Below, one piece after another: positions 19,018 through 27,325 of a stretch of 32,000 bases of DNA (position 1 is the first letter of the stretch; each line of letters begins with the position of its first letter). The translations under genes and the position numbers were made by a program. Source of the DNA: Promethearchaeia archaeon (GTDB lineage: Archaea; Asgardarchaeota; Lokiarchaeia; Sigyniarchaeales; SOKP01); contig JAWOFX010000137.1 of assembly GCA_046497275.1 (NCBI GenBank), forward strand, positions 1 to 32,000. The letters run 5' to 3'. The notes beneath the pieces are model-generated. The model did not search any database and was not told the origin of the DNA. It worked only from the letters and a program-made list of their open reading frames with translations.

Positions 19018-20700
19018 ATGGAGAATAACGCTAAATTTATATTTGTAACTGGCGGTGTGATGAGTGGTATAGGAAAGGGAGTAGTCACAGCGAGCTTAGG
19101 AAAGATTCTCCAATTTAGGGGATTTAACATCTCAGTTGTTAAGATCGATCCGTATTTAAATGTTGATCCTGGAACATTAAATCCTATCGAGCATGGAGAG
19201 TGTTTTATTACAGAAGAAGTATGGGATTTTGAACCTGTGCCAGATTCCGATGAGCGAGTATATAAAATAAGTGAGATAGATCAAGATTTTGGTACATATG
19301 AAAGGTTTTTAGGAATCACAATTCATCCCTCTAATAATATTACATCTGGACAAATTTACCTCTCAACTATTCTTAGAGAACGAAAAGGCAAATTTTTAGG
19401 AAGAACTGTCCAACTGATTCCTCATGTTACAAAAATGATAAAAGATAGGTTATTCGAAATTGCTGCGAAAGATGATTTAGATGTATTATTAGTAGAATGT
19501 GGGGGAACTGTCGGTGACTTAGAATCAAGCATCTTTTTAGAAAGTTTCCGACAGTTAAGACTTGAATTACCTAAAAATAATACTGCTTTTGTTCACGTAA
19601 CATTAGTTCCTTATTCTAAGGCTGTTGGGCAACAAAAATCAAAACCAACCCAACACTCTGTTAAACAATTACAGAGCGCAGGACTTCAACCCGATATAAT
19701 AATTGGCAGGAGTGAACAACCTCTGGAGGAAGATATAAGAAATAAAATCTCCTTATTTTCTAATATACCTAAAAAAGCAGTGGTTTCTAACCCTGATTTA
19801 GATAATATTTACGAATTACCTTTATTATTTGAAGAACACCAACTAGGAGATTTACTCTGTGAAATTCTTGATTTAAAAGCTAAACTGGTATCCTATAGTG
19901 AAATAACCAATTTCTCTGAATGGAAAAAAACTGTAGAAGTATTTAGAAAAGCTAATAAGACTATAAAAATCGGAATGCCTGGAAAATATTTTAACATAAC
20001 AGATTCTTATATCTCAATTAACGACGCATTAGAACACGCAGCAGCACACCAAGGCTATAAAACAGACCTTAAAATGATTAATATTGATGAAGAAACCGAA
20101 GTTAAAGAACAATTAAAAGAATGTGATGGAATTTTACTAACTCCTGGATTCGGAGAAAGAGCCGTCGAGGGTATGATAGGGAGCGCTCTCTATGCGATGG
20201 AAAATAAAGTTCCATTTTTAGGAATATGTTTTGGCGCGCAATTATTTTTTGTAGCATTTTGTAGAAAATATTTGGGATTAACTGGCGCAAATTCTACGGA
20301 AATAAATCCTAAAACTCCACATCCCGTAGTTGATTTATTAGAAAGCCAGAAAGAAGTGACTGAGAAGGGGGGAACAATGAGATTGGGAGGATTAAAAATC
20401 TTTATCAAAGAGGATACTAAATTATATAATGCGTATCAAAAAGAAGAGGTCGTGGAACGATTTCGGCACAGATATCATATTAATTCAAAATATATTAAAA
20501 AAGAAGGGAAAGAAAACGGCATTAGAATATCAAGTACAGATGAGACAGGTAAAATTATTAATAGTATAGAATTGAGTGATCCAAACCATTGGATGGTAGG
20601 CACTCAGTTCCACCCCGAATTTAAATCTGCTCCGTTTAAACCTTCACCTGTCTATTCTGCATTCATTAAAGAAGCGATAAAATACAGGAATAATAAATGA
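19018..20700 (+). CDS. pyrG: CTP synthase
   Basis: FVTGGVMSGIGKG, KIDPYLNVDPGT, ECGGTVGDLES, KPTQHSV; glutaminase triad intact (GICFG, QFHPEF). Confidence 0.97.
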   Translation: MENNAKFIFVTGGVMSGIGKGVVTASLGKILQFRGFNISVVKIDPYLNVDPGTLNPIEHGECFITEEVWDFEPVPDSDERVYKISEIDQDFGTYERFLGITIHPSNNITSGQIYLSTILRERKGKFLGRTVQLIPHVTKMIKDRLFEIAAKDDLDVLLVECGGTVGDLESSIFLESFRQLRLELPKNNTAFVHVTLVPYSKAVGQQKSKPTQHSVKQLQSAGLQPDIIIGRSEQPLEEDIRNKISLFSNIPKKAVVSNPDLDNIYELPLLFEEHQLGDLLCEILDLKAKLVSYSEITNFSEWKKTVEVFRKANKTIKIGMPGKYFNITDSYISINDALEHAAAHQGYKTDLKMINIDEETEVKEQLKECDGILLTPGFGERAVEGMIGSALYAMENKVPFLGICFGAQLFFVAFCRKYLGLTGANSTEINPKTPHPVVDLLESQKEVTEKGGTMRLGGLKIFIKEDTKLYNAYQKEEVVERFRHRYHINSKYIKKEGKENGIRISSTDETGKIINSIELSDPNHWMVGTQFHPEFKSAPFKPSPVYSAFIKEAIKYRNNK

Positions 20701-20725
20701 TTCCTTTACATTGACTACTTAACCC

Positions 20726-20914
20726 ATGAGGTCGAATATCAATTCTTTTTGCTTCTTAGCAAGAAAAGGAATACCATGTATTAAATCTCAAATTGATAAA
20801 AAACACTTACCTTATTATGAATGCGAAAAATGTATATGGCACATTCATGGGAATAGAGTTCGCGAAATCAATGCTCTTGAACGATTGTTTGAAAAATATA
20901 GAAATGAGAGATAA
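20726..20914 (+). CDS. possible small Cys/His-rich protein, 62 aa
   Basis: Starts 25 bp after pyrG on the same strand; carries C9, C18, C33xxC36, H39, H41. Short, so it may be spurious. Confidence 0.4.
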   Translation: MRSNINSFCFLARKGIPCIKSQIDKKHLPYYECEKCIWHIHGNRVREINALERLFEKYRNER

Positions 20915-21038
20915 TAATAAAAACTTTTTCCTTTCCAACTATTTTAATGCAATTATAATTTTTATAATCAAGTCTTATAATTAAATATTTAAAATTGAAA
21001 TAAATCCCAATAAATTTGAATTTTAATTCGAGGTTAGT

Positions 21039-21050
21039 AAAAAAAAAAAA
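21039..21050 (-). terminator. T12 tract (minus strand) after the small CxxC gene
   Basis: A12 run on the plus strand lies about 20 nt beyond the TAG at 21070. Confidence 0.45.
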
Positions 21051-21069
21051 GGAATTTTGGATAGAAGTA

Positions 21070-21249
21070 CTAATTAATTTTCCAATTAGCATTATATTGC
21101 GATGCTCCACAATTTGGACAATTTTGATTTTTCCAAGAGTAAGTACATTTTTCACATAATGGAAATGAAGTTCCACATTTAGAACATACCGCAGTATGAT
21201 TAACTTGAATACTACTCTGTAACCCACATCTCGCACATTTTAAGCTCAT
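21070..21249 (-). CDS. 59-aa four-CxxC zinc-binding protein (RING-like or HVO_2753/DUF1610-like); absent from the ORF track
   Basis: Manual translation: MSLKCARCGLQSSIQVNHTAVCSKCGTSFPLCEKCTYSWKNQNCPNCGASQYNANWKIN*. All eight Cys are in CxxC pairs; AGGT upstream of the ATG and a T12 tract downstream. Confidence 0.85.
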   Translation of the reverse strand: MSLKCARCGLQSSIQVNHTAVCSKCGTSFPLCEKCTYSWKNQNCPNCGASQYNANWKIN

Positions 21250-21277
21250 ATTATTATACCTGTATCGTATTATTCTA

Positions 21278-21299
21278 AATAATTATTCGAATAATTATT
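21278..21299. promoter_or_regulatory. perfect 22-bp palindrome in a divergent promoter region
   Basis: AATAATTATTCGAATAATTATT equals its own reverse complement; it is two AATAATTATT units 12 bp apart. Confidence 0.45.
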
Positions 21300-21527
21300 C
21301 AAATAATGAAAAAAGGAATGATATTTGATTTATAAATTTACTTTTCATAAAATAGCATTTAAACTGAAATTCTTTTTACCAATATTATTCCTATTATCTA
21401 TTATAATTTATAATATAATGAATTATAATGCAAAATCGGGCATCTTATCGAGTTAATAAAAAAAATAATAAAAAATTATAGAAATAAATTACTAAAGAAT
21501 TAAATAGATAAAAATAACACGGCTAAG

Positions 21528-22661
21528 ATGGAATATAAAGATGAAAGACCTGCTATTTTAATGTTGAAAGATGGACGTTTTTTTGAAGGAATCGGTTTTG
21601 GTGCAACCAAAATTGTCACTGGAGAAATAGTATTTACCACTATAACTGGAGCTGGATATAATGAAACCTTAACAGATCCATCTTATCAAGGGCAAATAGT
21701 TGTGATGACACATCCTTTAGTCGGTAATTATGGAGTACCCCCTTGGGAAAAAGATCAAAACGGATTGATTAAATTTTTTGAGTCTGAATCAATTAAGGTT
21801 GATGGTTTTGTAGTAAATGAATGTTGTAAACAACCACATCATTATGAAAGTATAAAAACTTTAGATGAGTTCTTAAAAGAACAAAATATTCCTGGAATTG
21901 AGTGGATTGATACAAGAGCAATCACTAAAATATTAAGAGAAGAAGGTGTGCAAGTTGGATTGTTAGCGGTATATGATACAGGGGAAATTCCAAATATTGA
22001 ATATTTGAAAGAAATAGTAAAGGAGTCGAAAGACCCAAACCTCCGCCATTTAACAAGCGAAGTATCTACTAAACAAGTTCAGAAATATGTTCCATCCAAT
22101 CCCTCTGGTCGAGTTGTTATTTTAGATCTTGGGGTGAAGTATAGTATCATTCGAAATATGCTTCAACGTAATTTCGAAGTTATTTTAGTTCCATATAATT
22201 ATTCCTACTCCCAAATTATAGAATATGAGCCTGATGGTGTTTTGATTTCAAATGGACCTGGAGATCCAAAGCTTTATACGAATGCTATAAATGTATGCGA
22301 AAAACTTATTGAAAATGAAGTCCCCACTTTTGGAATATGTCTGGGAAATCAAATAATAGGATTGGCTGCTGGAGGAAACTCTTACAAACTTAAATATGGT
22401 CATAGAGGAGGAAATAAAACAGTTATTAATCCAAATAACCAGAAATGTTATATAACTTCTCAAAATCATGGATTTTGTATTCGAGATTTTAAGAAAGGAG
22501 GCTTTATCGAATTTCTTAAAAATATAGATGATAGTTCTAATGAAGGAATAATTCATGAAAATAAGCCGATCTTGGGTGTCCAATTCCATCCAGAGGCATC
22601 GCCGGGACCCCTTGATTCAACATATCTTTTTGATAAATTTGTAAAAATTATGGGGTTTTAA
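21528..22661 (+). CDS. carA: carbamoyl-phosphate synthase small (glutaminase) subunit, copy 1, catalytic residues intact
   Basis: LTDPSY, HPLVGNYG, SNGPGDP, GICLGNQ (Cys271), QNHG, QFHPEASPGP (His354, Glu356). Confidence 0.97.
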   Translation: MEYKDERPAILMLKDGRFFEGIGFGATKIVTGEIVFTTITGAGYNETLTDPSYQGQIVVMTHPLVGNYGVPPWEKDQNGLIKFFESESIKVDGFVVNECCKQPHHYESIKTLDEFLKEQNIPGIEWIDTRAITKILREEGVQVGLLAVYDTGEIPNIEYLKEIVKESKDPNLRHLTSEVSTKQVQKYVPSNPSGRVVILDLGVKYSIIRNMLQRNFEVILVPYNYSYSQIIEYEPDGVLISNGPGDPKLYTNAINVCEKLIENEVPTFGICLGNQIIGLAAGGNSYKLKYGHRGGNKTVINPNNQKCYITSQNHGFCIRDFKKGGFIEFLKNIDDSSNEGIIHENKPILGVQFHPEASPGPLDSTYLFDKFVKIMGF

Positions 22662-22662
22662 C

Positions 22663-25600
22663 ATGCCATTAGATACAACTATTAAGAAAGCACTAATACT
22701 AGGTTCGGGTGGAATTCGTATAGGACAAGCTGGAGAATTTGATTACTCTGGCTCTCAAGTATTGAAAGCACTTAAAGAAGAGGGTTTGGAAACCATTCTC
22801 ATAAATCCAAATATCGCCACAATTCAGACGGATCCGGAACTTTCCGATAAAGTTTATCTTTTGCCTATTAATGTAAAATATGTTGAAGATGTTATAAAGA
22901 AGGAGAGACCAGAGGGGATATTATTAGCGTTTGGAGGACAAACCGCTCTAAATGTAGGCGTTGAGCTTAAAGAACTAGGAATTTTAGAAAAGTATAATGT
23001 TCGTGTATTAGGAACTCCCATAGAAGCCATTCAAAAAACCGAAGACAGAGATTTATTTGTAAAAGCTATGGAAGAGTCTAAAGCGCCAGTCTGCAGAAGT
23101 AAAGCTGTTAGCAGTTATTCTGATGCCCTGAAAGTAGCAAAAGAATTTGGGTTTCCATTAATGATACGGGTTGCATATACTCTCGGAGGAAGGGGATCTG
23201 GAATAGCTAAGAATATGAAAGAATTTGAAAAAATGGCTCGACGGGGAATCGCACAATCTCGTATTAATCAAATCTTAATTGAAGAGAGTGTGTGGGGATG
23301 GAAAGAAGTAGAATATGAGGTTGTAAGGGATTCTGTTGACAATTGTTTTATCAATTGTAATATGGAAAATTTCGATCCCGTAGGTATACATACTGGAGAA
23401 AGTATAGTTGTTGCTCCTTCACAAACTCTCACTAATGAAGAATATCATATGCTCCGTTCTGCGTCAATTCGTATAATTAGAAATTTAGGAATTATAGGAG
23501 AATGTAATATCCAGTATGCTTTAAACCCAAAATCAAAAGAATTTCGAGTGATTGAAGTTAATGCAAGATTATCTCGATCTTCAGCATTAGCCTCTAAAGC
23601 TACAGGTTATCCTTTAGCATATATTGCTGCAAAACTCGCAACTGGATATAATCTCCCCGAATTAAAAAACAAAATTACAGGTATCACAACAGCCTGTTTC
23701 GAACCTGCTTTAGATTATGTTGTATTAAAATTTCCTCGCTGGGATCTCACAAAATTTCAAAGAGTTGATAGACATCTTGGTAGCCAAATGAAAAGTGTGG
23801 GTGAAGTCATGGCTATAGGACGAACTTTTGAGGAAGTTCTTCAAAAGGCAATTAGAATGTTGGATATAGGAATGAAAGGTGTCGTTGCAAATGATTTAGA
23901 ATCTATTGAGGACATTAATGAATTAAAATATAATCTCCAAAACCCAACTGATCTTCGGGTTTTCCGCATAGTTGAAGCCATTAAACGAGGAATCAGTATT
24001 GATGAAATTTATCAAATTTCGAGAGTAGATAAATGGTTTCTATATAAAATTAATAATATTATTGAAATTGAGACTAGTCTTAAGTCATTAAAACTATTAG
24101 AATCAAGTGATAAAGAAAAATGTTATATTCTGAAGCATGCGAAGAGATTTGGCTTTTCAGATGGACAAATAGGAAAGATTTTGGGAGTAGATTCAATAAA
24201 AGTAAGAAATCTACGAAAAAAATATAATATTGAACCATATGTTAAAAGAATTGATACTTTAGCAGCCGAATGGCCAGCCATTACAAATTACTTATACTTA
24301 ACTTATGGTGCTTCAGAACATGATATCAATTTTGAAGAGGAACAAAAGAAAAATTTAAAGAAAATAATCGTTCTTGGAAGTGGAACCTATCGTATCGGTG
24401 CTAGTGTTGAATTCGACTGGGGATCGGTTAATTGTCTTTGGGGATTGAAGAAACAAGGAATTGATCAAGCAATTATCATTAATTACAATCCAGAAACAGT
24501 CTCAACAGATTTTGATATTTCTGATAAACTCTATTTTGAAGAACTTTCTGGTGAGCGTGTTTTAGATATTGCAGAACTAGAGATGGCCGATGGAGTAGTA
24601 GTGTCGGTTGGTGGACAAATTGCTAATAATCTTGCAGCTAAATTTTCAAAATACAGTGAATTTTTCAGGAGAACAGGCATTAATATATTAGGAACACATG
24701 GATCTCGTATAGACATGGCGGAAGACAGAAGCAAGTTTAGCACACTATTGGATCAACTCGATATAAAACAACCTAAATGGAGAGCTTTAACAACCAAAAA
24801 TGAAGCTTTAACGTTTGCAGATGAAGTTGAATATCCTGTTCTTGTACGCCCATCTTATGTCTTGAGTGGTGCTGCTATGCGAGTATGCTATGATGAGAAA
24901 ACTTTAAGAGATACATTAGATCTTGCTGCTTCTGTTTCTAAGGAATATCCAGTAGTAATTTCAAAATTCTTTACAAATGCTCGAGAAGTGGAATGTGATG
25001 GTGTCTGTGATGGAAAAAACGTTTTTATCGGCGCAATTGTAGAACATATTGAAAATGCTGGGATACATTCTGGTGATGCGACTATGAGTATACCCCCTTT
25101 TACTATCCCTCAAAAGGTTATATCAATAATAAAAGACTATACAAAACGAATTGCCTTAGCCTTGAAAATAAAAGGACCATTTAATGTACAGTATTTAGTA
25201 AAAAATGGAGATGTTTTTGTTATTGAATGTAATCTCCGTTCAAGTCGAAGCATGCCTTATGTTTCTAAGACACGAGGTATAAATTTAATGCGTTTAGCTG
25301 CAGAAGTTATCATGGGAAATGAAATCCCTGAAAGATTACTACACTTACCATATGGAAATTATGTATCTATCAAAGCTCCCATGTTTTCCTTTATGCGTTT
25401 AGATAAAGCAGATCCTATATTAGGAGTGGAAATGGCGAGTACTGGAGAAGTTGCTTGTTTTGGCGATGATTTTTCAGATGCTCTCATAAAAGCATTGGAG
25501 GCTACTGATCGGCAAATTCCTATACATGGAGGAAATGTCTTAATCTCTGTTGCGGGGGAGGAATTAAAAAAAAAAGTTATTCCTATAGCAAAAAAATTAA

Positions 25601-25974
25601 AAAAAATGGGGTTTACATTATTTGCGACAGAAGATACGGCTAAAGCTTTGAATAAAAACGAAATATATTCTGTTCGATTATATAAAATCCATGAATATGG
25701 ACAAGAACCTAATATTATTGCTTGTTTACAAAATGGTGCCATTGATTTAGTAATTAATATACCACTTCCTATACCTCAAGAGGAAAAATTCCGTCAAATC
25801 ATTGAAGATGAATACACTATTAGAAGAATGGCAGTAGATTATAACATACCAGTTATAATTAATATTGAATTAGCTGAAGCTTTAGTTAATGCTATAGAAA
25901 AAGTGCGGAGGAGAGATCTTACCATCAAATCTCTAAATGAATATCATAAGACTTTAAAAGAAGTATATTGGTAA
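22663..25974 (+). CDS. carB: carbamoyl-phosphate synthase large subunit, copy 1
   Basis: GQAGEFDYSG, two ATP-grasp modules (GIHTGES...EVNARLSRSS; GIHSGDA...ECNLRSSRS) and a C-terminal MGS-like allosteric domain. Confidence 0.98.
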   Translation: MPLDTTIKKALILGSGGIRIGQAGEFDYSGSQVLKALKEEGLETILINPNIATIQTDPELSDKVYLLPINVKYVEDVIKKERPEGILLAFGGQTALNVGVELKELGILEKYNVRVLGTPIEAIQKTEDRDLFVKAMEESKAPVCRSKAVSSYSDALKVAKEFGFPLMIRVAYTLGGRGSGIAKNMKEFEKMARRGIAQSRINQILIEESVWGWKEVEYEVVRDSVDNCFINCNMENFDPVGIHTGESIVVAPSQTLTNEEYHMLRSASIRIIRNLGIIGECNIQYALNPKSKEFRVIEVNARLSRSSALASKATGYPLAYIAAKLATGYNLPELKNKITGITTACFEPALDYVVLKFPRWDLTKFQRVDRHLGSQMKSVGEVMAIGRTFEEVLQKAIRMLDIGMKGVVANDLESIEDINELKYNLQNPTDLRVFRIVEAIKRGISIDEIYQISRVDKWFLYKINNIIEIETSLKSLKLLESSDKEKCYILKHAKRFGFSDGQIGKILGVDSIKVRNLRKKYNIEPYVKRIDTLAAEWPAITNYLYLTYGASEHDINFEEEQKKNLKKIIVLGSGTYRIGASVEFDWGSVNCLWGLKKQGIDQAIIINYNPETVSTDFDISDKLYFEELSGERVLDIAELEMADGVVVSVGGQIANNLAAKFSKYSEFFRRTGINILGTHGSRIDMAEDRSKFSTLLDQLDIKQPKWRALTTKNEALTFADEVEYPVLVRPSYVLSGAAMRVCYDEKTLRDTLDLAASVSKEYPVVISKFFTNAREVECDGVCDGKNVFIGAIVEHIENAGIHSGDATMSIPPFTIPQKVISIIKDYTKRIALALKIKGPFNVQYLVKNGDVFVIECNLRSSRSMPYVSKTRGINLMRLAAEVIMGNEIPERLLHLPYGNYVSIKAPMFSFMRLDKADPILGVEMASTGEVACFGDDFSDALIKALEATDRQIPIHGGNVLISVAGEELKKKVIPIAKKLKKMGFTLFATEDTAKALNKNEIYSVRLYKIHEYGQEPNIIACLQNGAIDLVINIPLPIPQEEKFRQIIEDEYTIRRMAVDYNIPVIINIELAEALVNAIEKVRRRDLTIKSLNEYHKTLKEVYW

Positions 25975-26025
25975 TTATTCCTATTTTTTGAAAATAATTT
26001 TAGAATGAGTAGATAATCTTTGTTA

Positions 26026-27117
26026 TTAATAACCCTCTTCTAAATCTACAATATTTATATAATCCTTCTTCCCCTCAACCATCCTAGCAATATTTTCAAC
26101 AAGCTCATTCCATCTCAACAAGTCATTAAAAGGAGAATATCCTCTATGAGGGGAGAATATTATATTTTTTAAATCATGAAATGGATAATGATAAGGATAT
26201 TTGTTGTTATTTTTGTCTGCGATGGGATTTTTTTCATACCAAACATCGACACATGCTCCCAAAATTAATTTATTTTTTAGTGCAAAATAGAGATCCTTTT
26301 CATTTATGATTTCACCTCTCGAAACATTCACTATTATTCCTTTATCTCCTAATGAGGTTAATTCTTTTTTAGTAATCATATTTATTGTTAATTTAGTCAC
26401 TGGAATTGCGATTATAAGTATTTCACTTTCTTTTAAAAAGTCTTCAATATTTGGGTATGAAAACTTTTTTACAGGAGTTGGTAATGATTTACTTTTATGA
26501 GACCAATCTTTTCGAAAAACGGAAAATTCTATATCAAACCCAGCAAGAAAATTGTGAACTTTTTGGTTTATAGCTCCATAACCAAGCAGTCCTATGTTTT
26601 TGAATCTTAGAGGGATTGAAGCAGCTTCTTTATCTCCAGTTCTCCACTTCCCTTCTTTCATCCAGAGATGATGTGGAATAATTTTACTCATAAATGTAAG
26701 AAGAAGCGAAACGGCATGTTGAGCGACAAAATATGAATTTCCATGACCATTAGCAAGCAAGACATTCCGATTTTGATTAATTTTTTTAAAATTATCGATA
26801 ATATGATTGACTCCAGTTCCGGGTACTATAAAAAGTTTTAATCTTTTAGCGTTTTCAAGTAATTCCATACTAGGACGCCAACCTACAATGATATCCGCTT
26901 CTTTGGAAATCTTTAATATCTCCTCTTCCGTAAAATTATCTGGAAAAATTAGATTTAATCTCTTGAATCTTTTTAAATTATTTGAAATGTATGATTCGAC
27001 TTCCTTTGGTAATTTAGAAAGAAATAAAACATTAATTTCAAAATTAGGATTTGATAATTGATTTTTATGAAGACTCATGATATATTCCAACCTATGAAAC
27101 TTTAAATAAATATTCAT
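26026..27117 (-). CDS. D-isomer-specific 2-hydroxyacid dehydrogenase; true start probably the ATG at 27078
   Basis: PGTGVNHI, VAQHAV, GLLGYG, VNVSRG (Arg), DVWYE (Glu), SPHRG (His). AGGTTGG precedes the ATG at 27078. Confidence 0.9.
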   Translation of the reverse strand: MNIYLKFHRLEYIMSLHKNQLSNPNFEINVLFLSKLPKEVESYISNNLKRFKRLNLIFPDNFTEEEILKISKEADIIVGWRPSMELLENAKRLKLFIVPGTGVNHIIDNFKKINQNRNVLLANGHGNSYFVAQHAVSLLLTFMSKIIPHHLWMKEGKWRTGDKEAASIPLRFKNIGLLGYGAINQKVHNFLAGFDIEFSVFRKDWSHKSKSLPTPVKKFSYPNIEDFLKESEILIIAIPVTKLTINMITKKELTSLGDKGIIVNVSRGEIINEKDLYFALKNKLILGACVDVWYEKNPIADKNNNKYPYHYPFHDLKNIIFSPHRGYSPFNDLLRWNELVENIARMVEGKKDYINIVDLEEGY

Positions 27118-27325
27118 TAAAATCTTTGATTTCTATTGGGAGGTTTTTTATTAGAGGCGATCCCTTTCTTTATTTAGTGGTTTGGATGATAAAAGCATTA
27201 AGGGGAACATAAAAATCTTTTTTTAAATTTTTTATTATAATCTTATTTAGCCCTTACTAGAATTTGTAAGATAATTTAATTAATTATTTTTGATTATAAT
27301 TAAGAAAAAAATAAGAGCGTCTTAA

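Noticed and set aside
20793-20984. 63-aa plus-strand ORF
   Set aside because: Overlaps the 20726 ORF in another frame and ends in low-complexity F/I/N sequence.
20868-21236. 122-aa minus-strand ORF in the track
   Set aside because: Overlaps in another frame the 59-aa four-CxxC ORF, which has far stronger coding signals.
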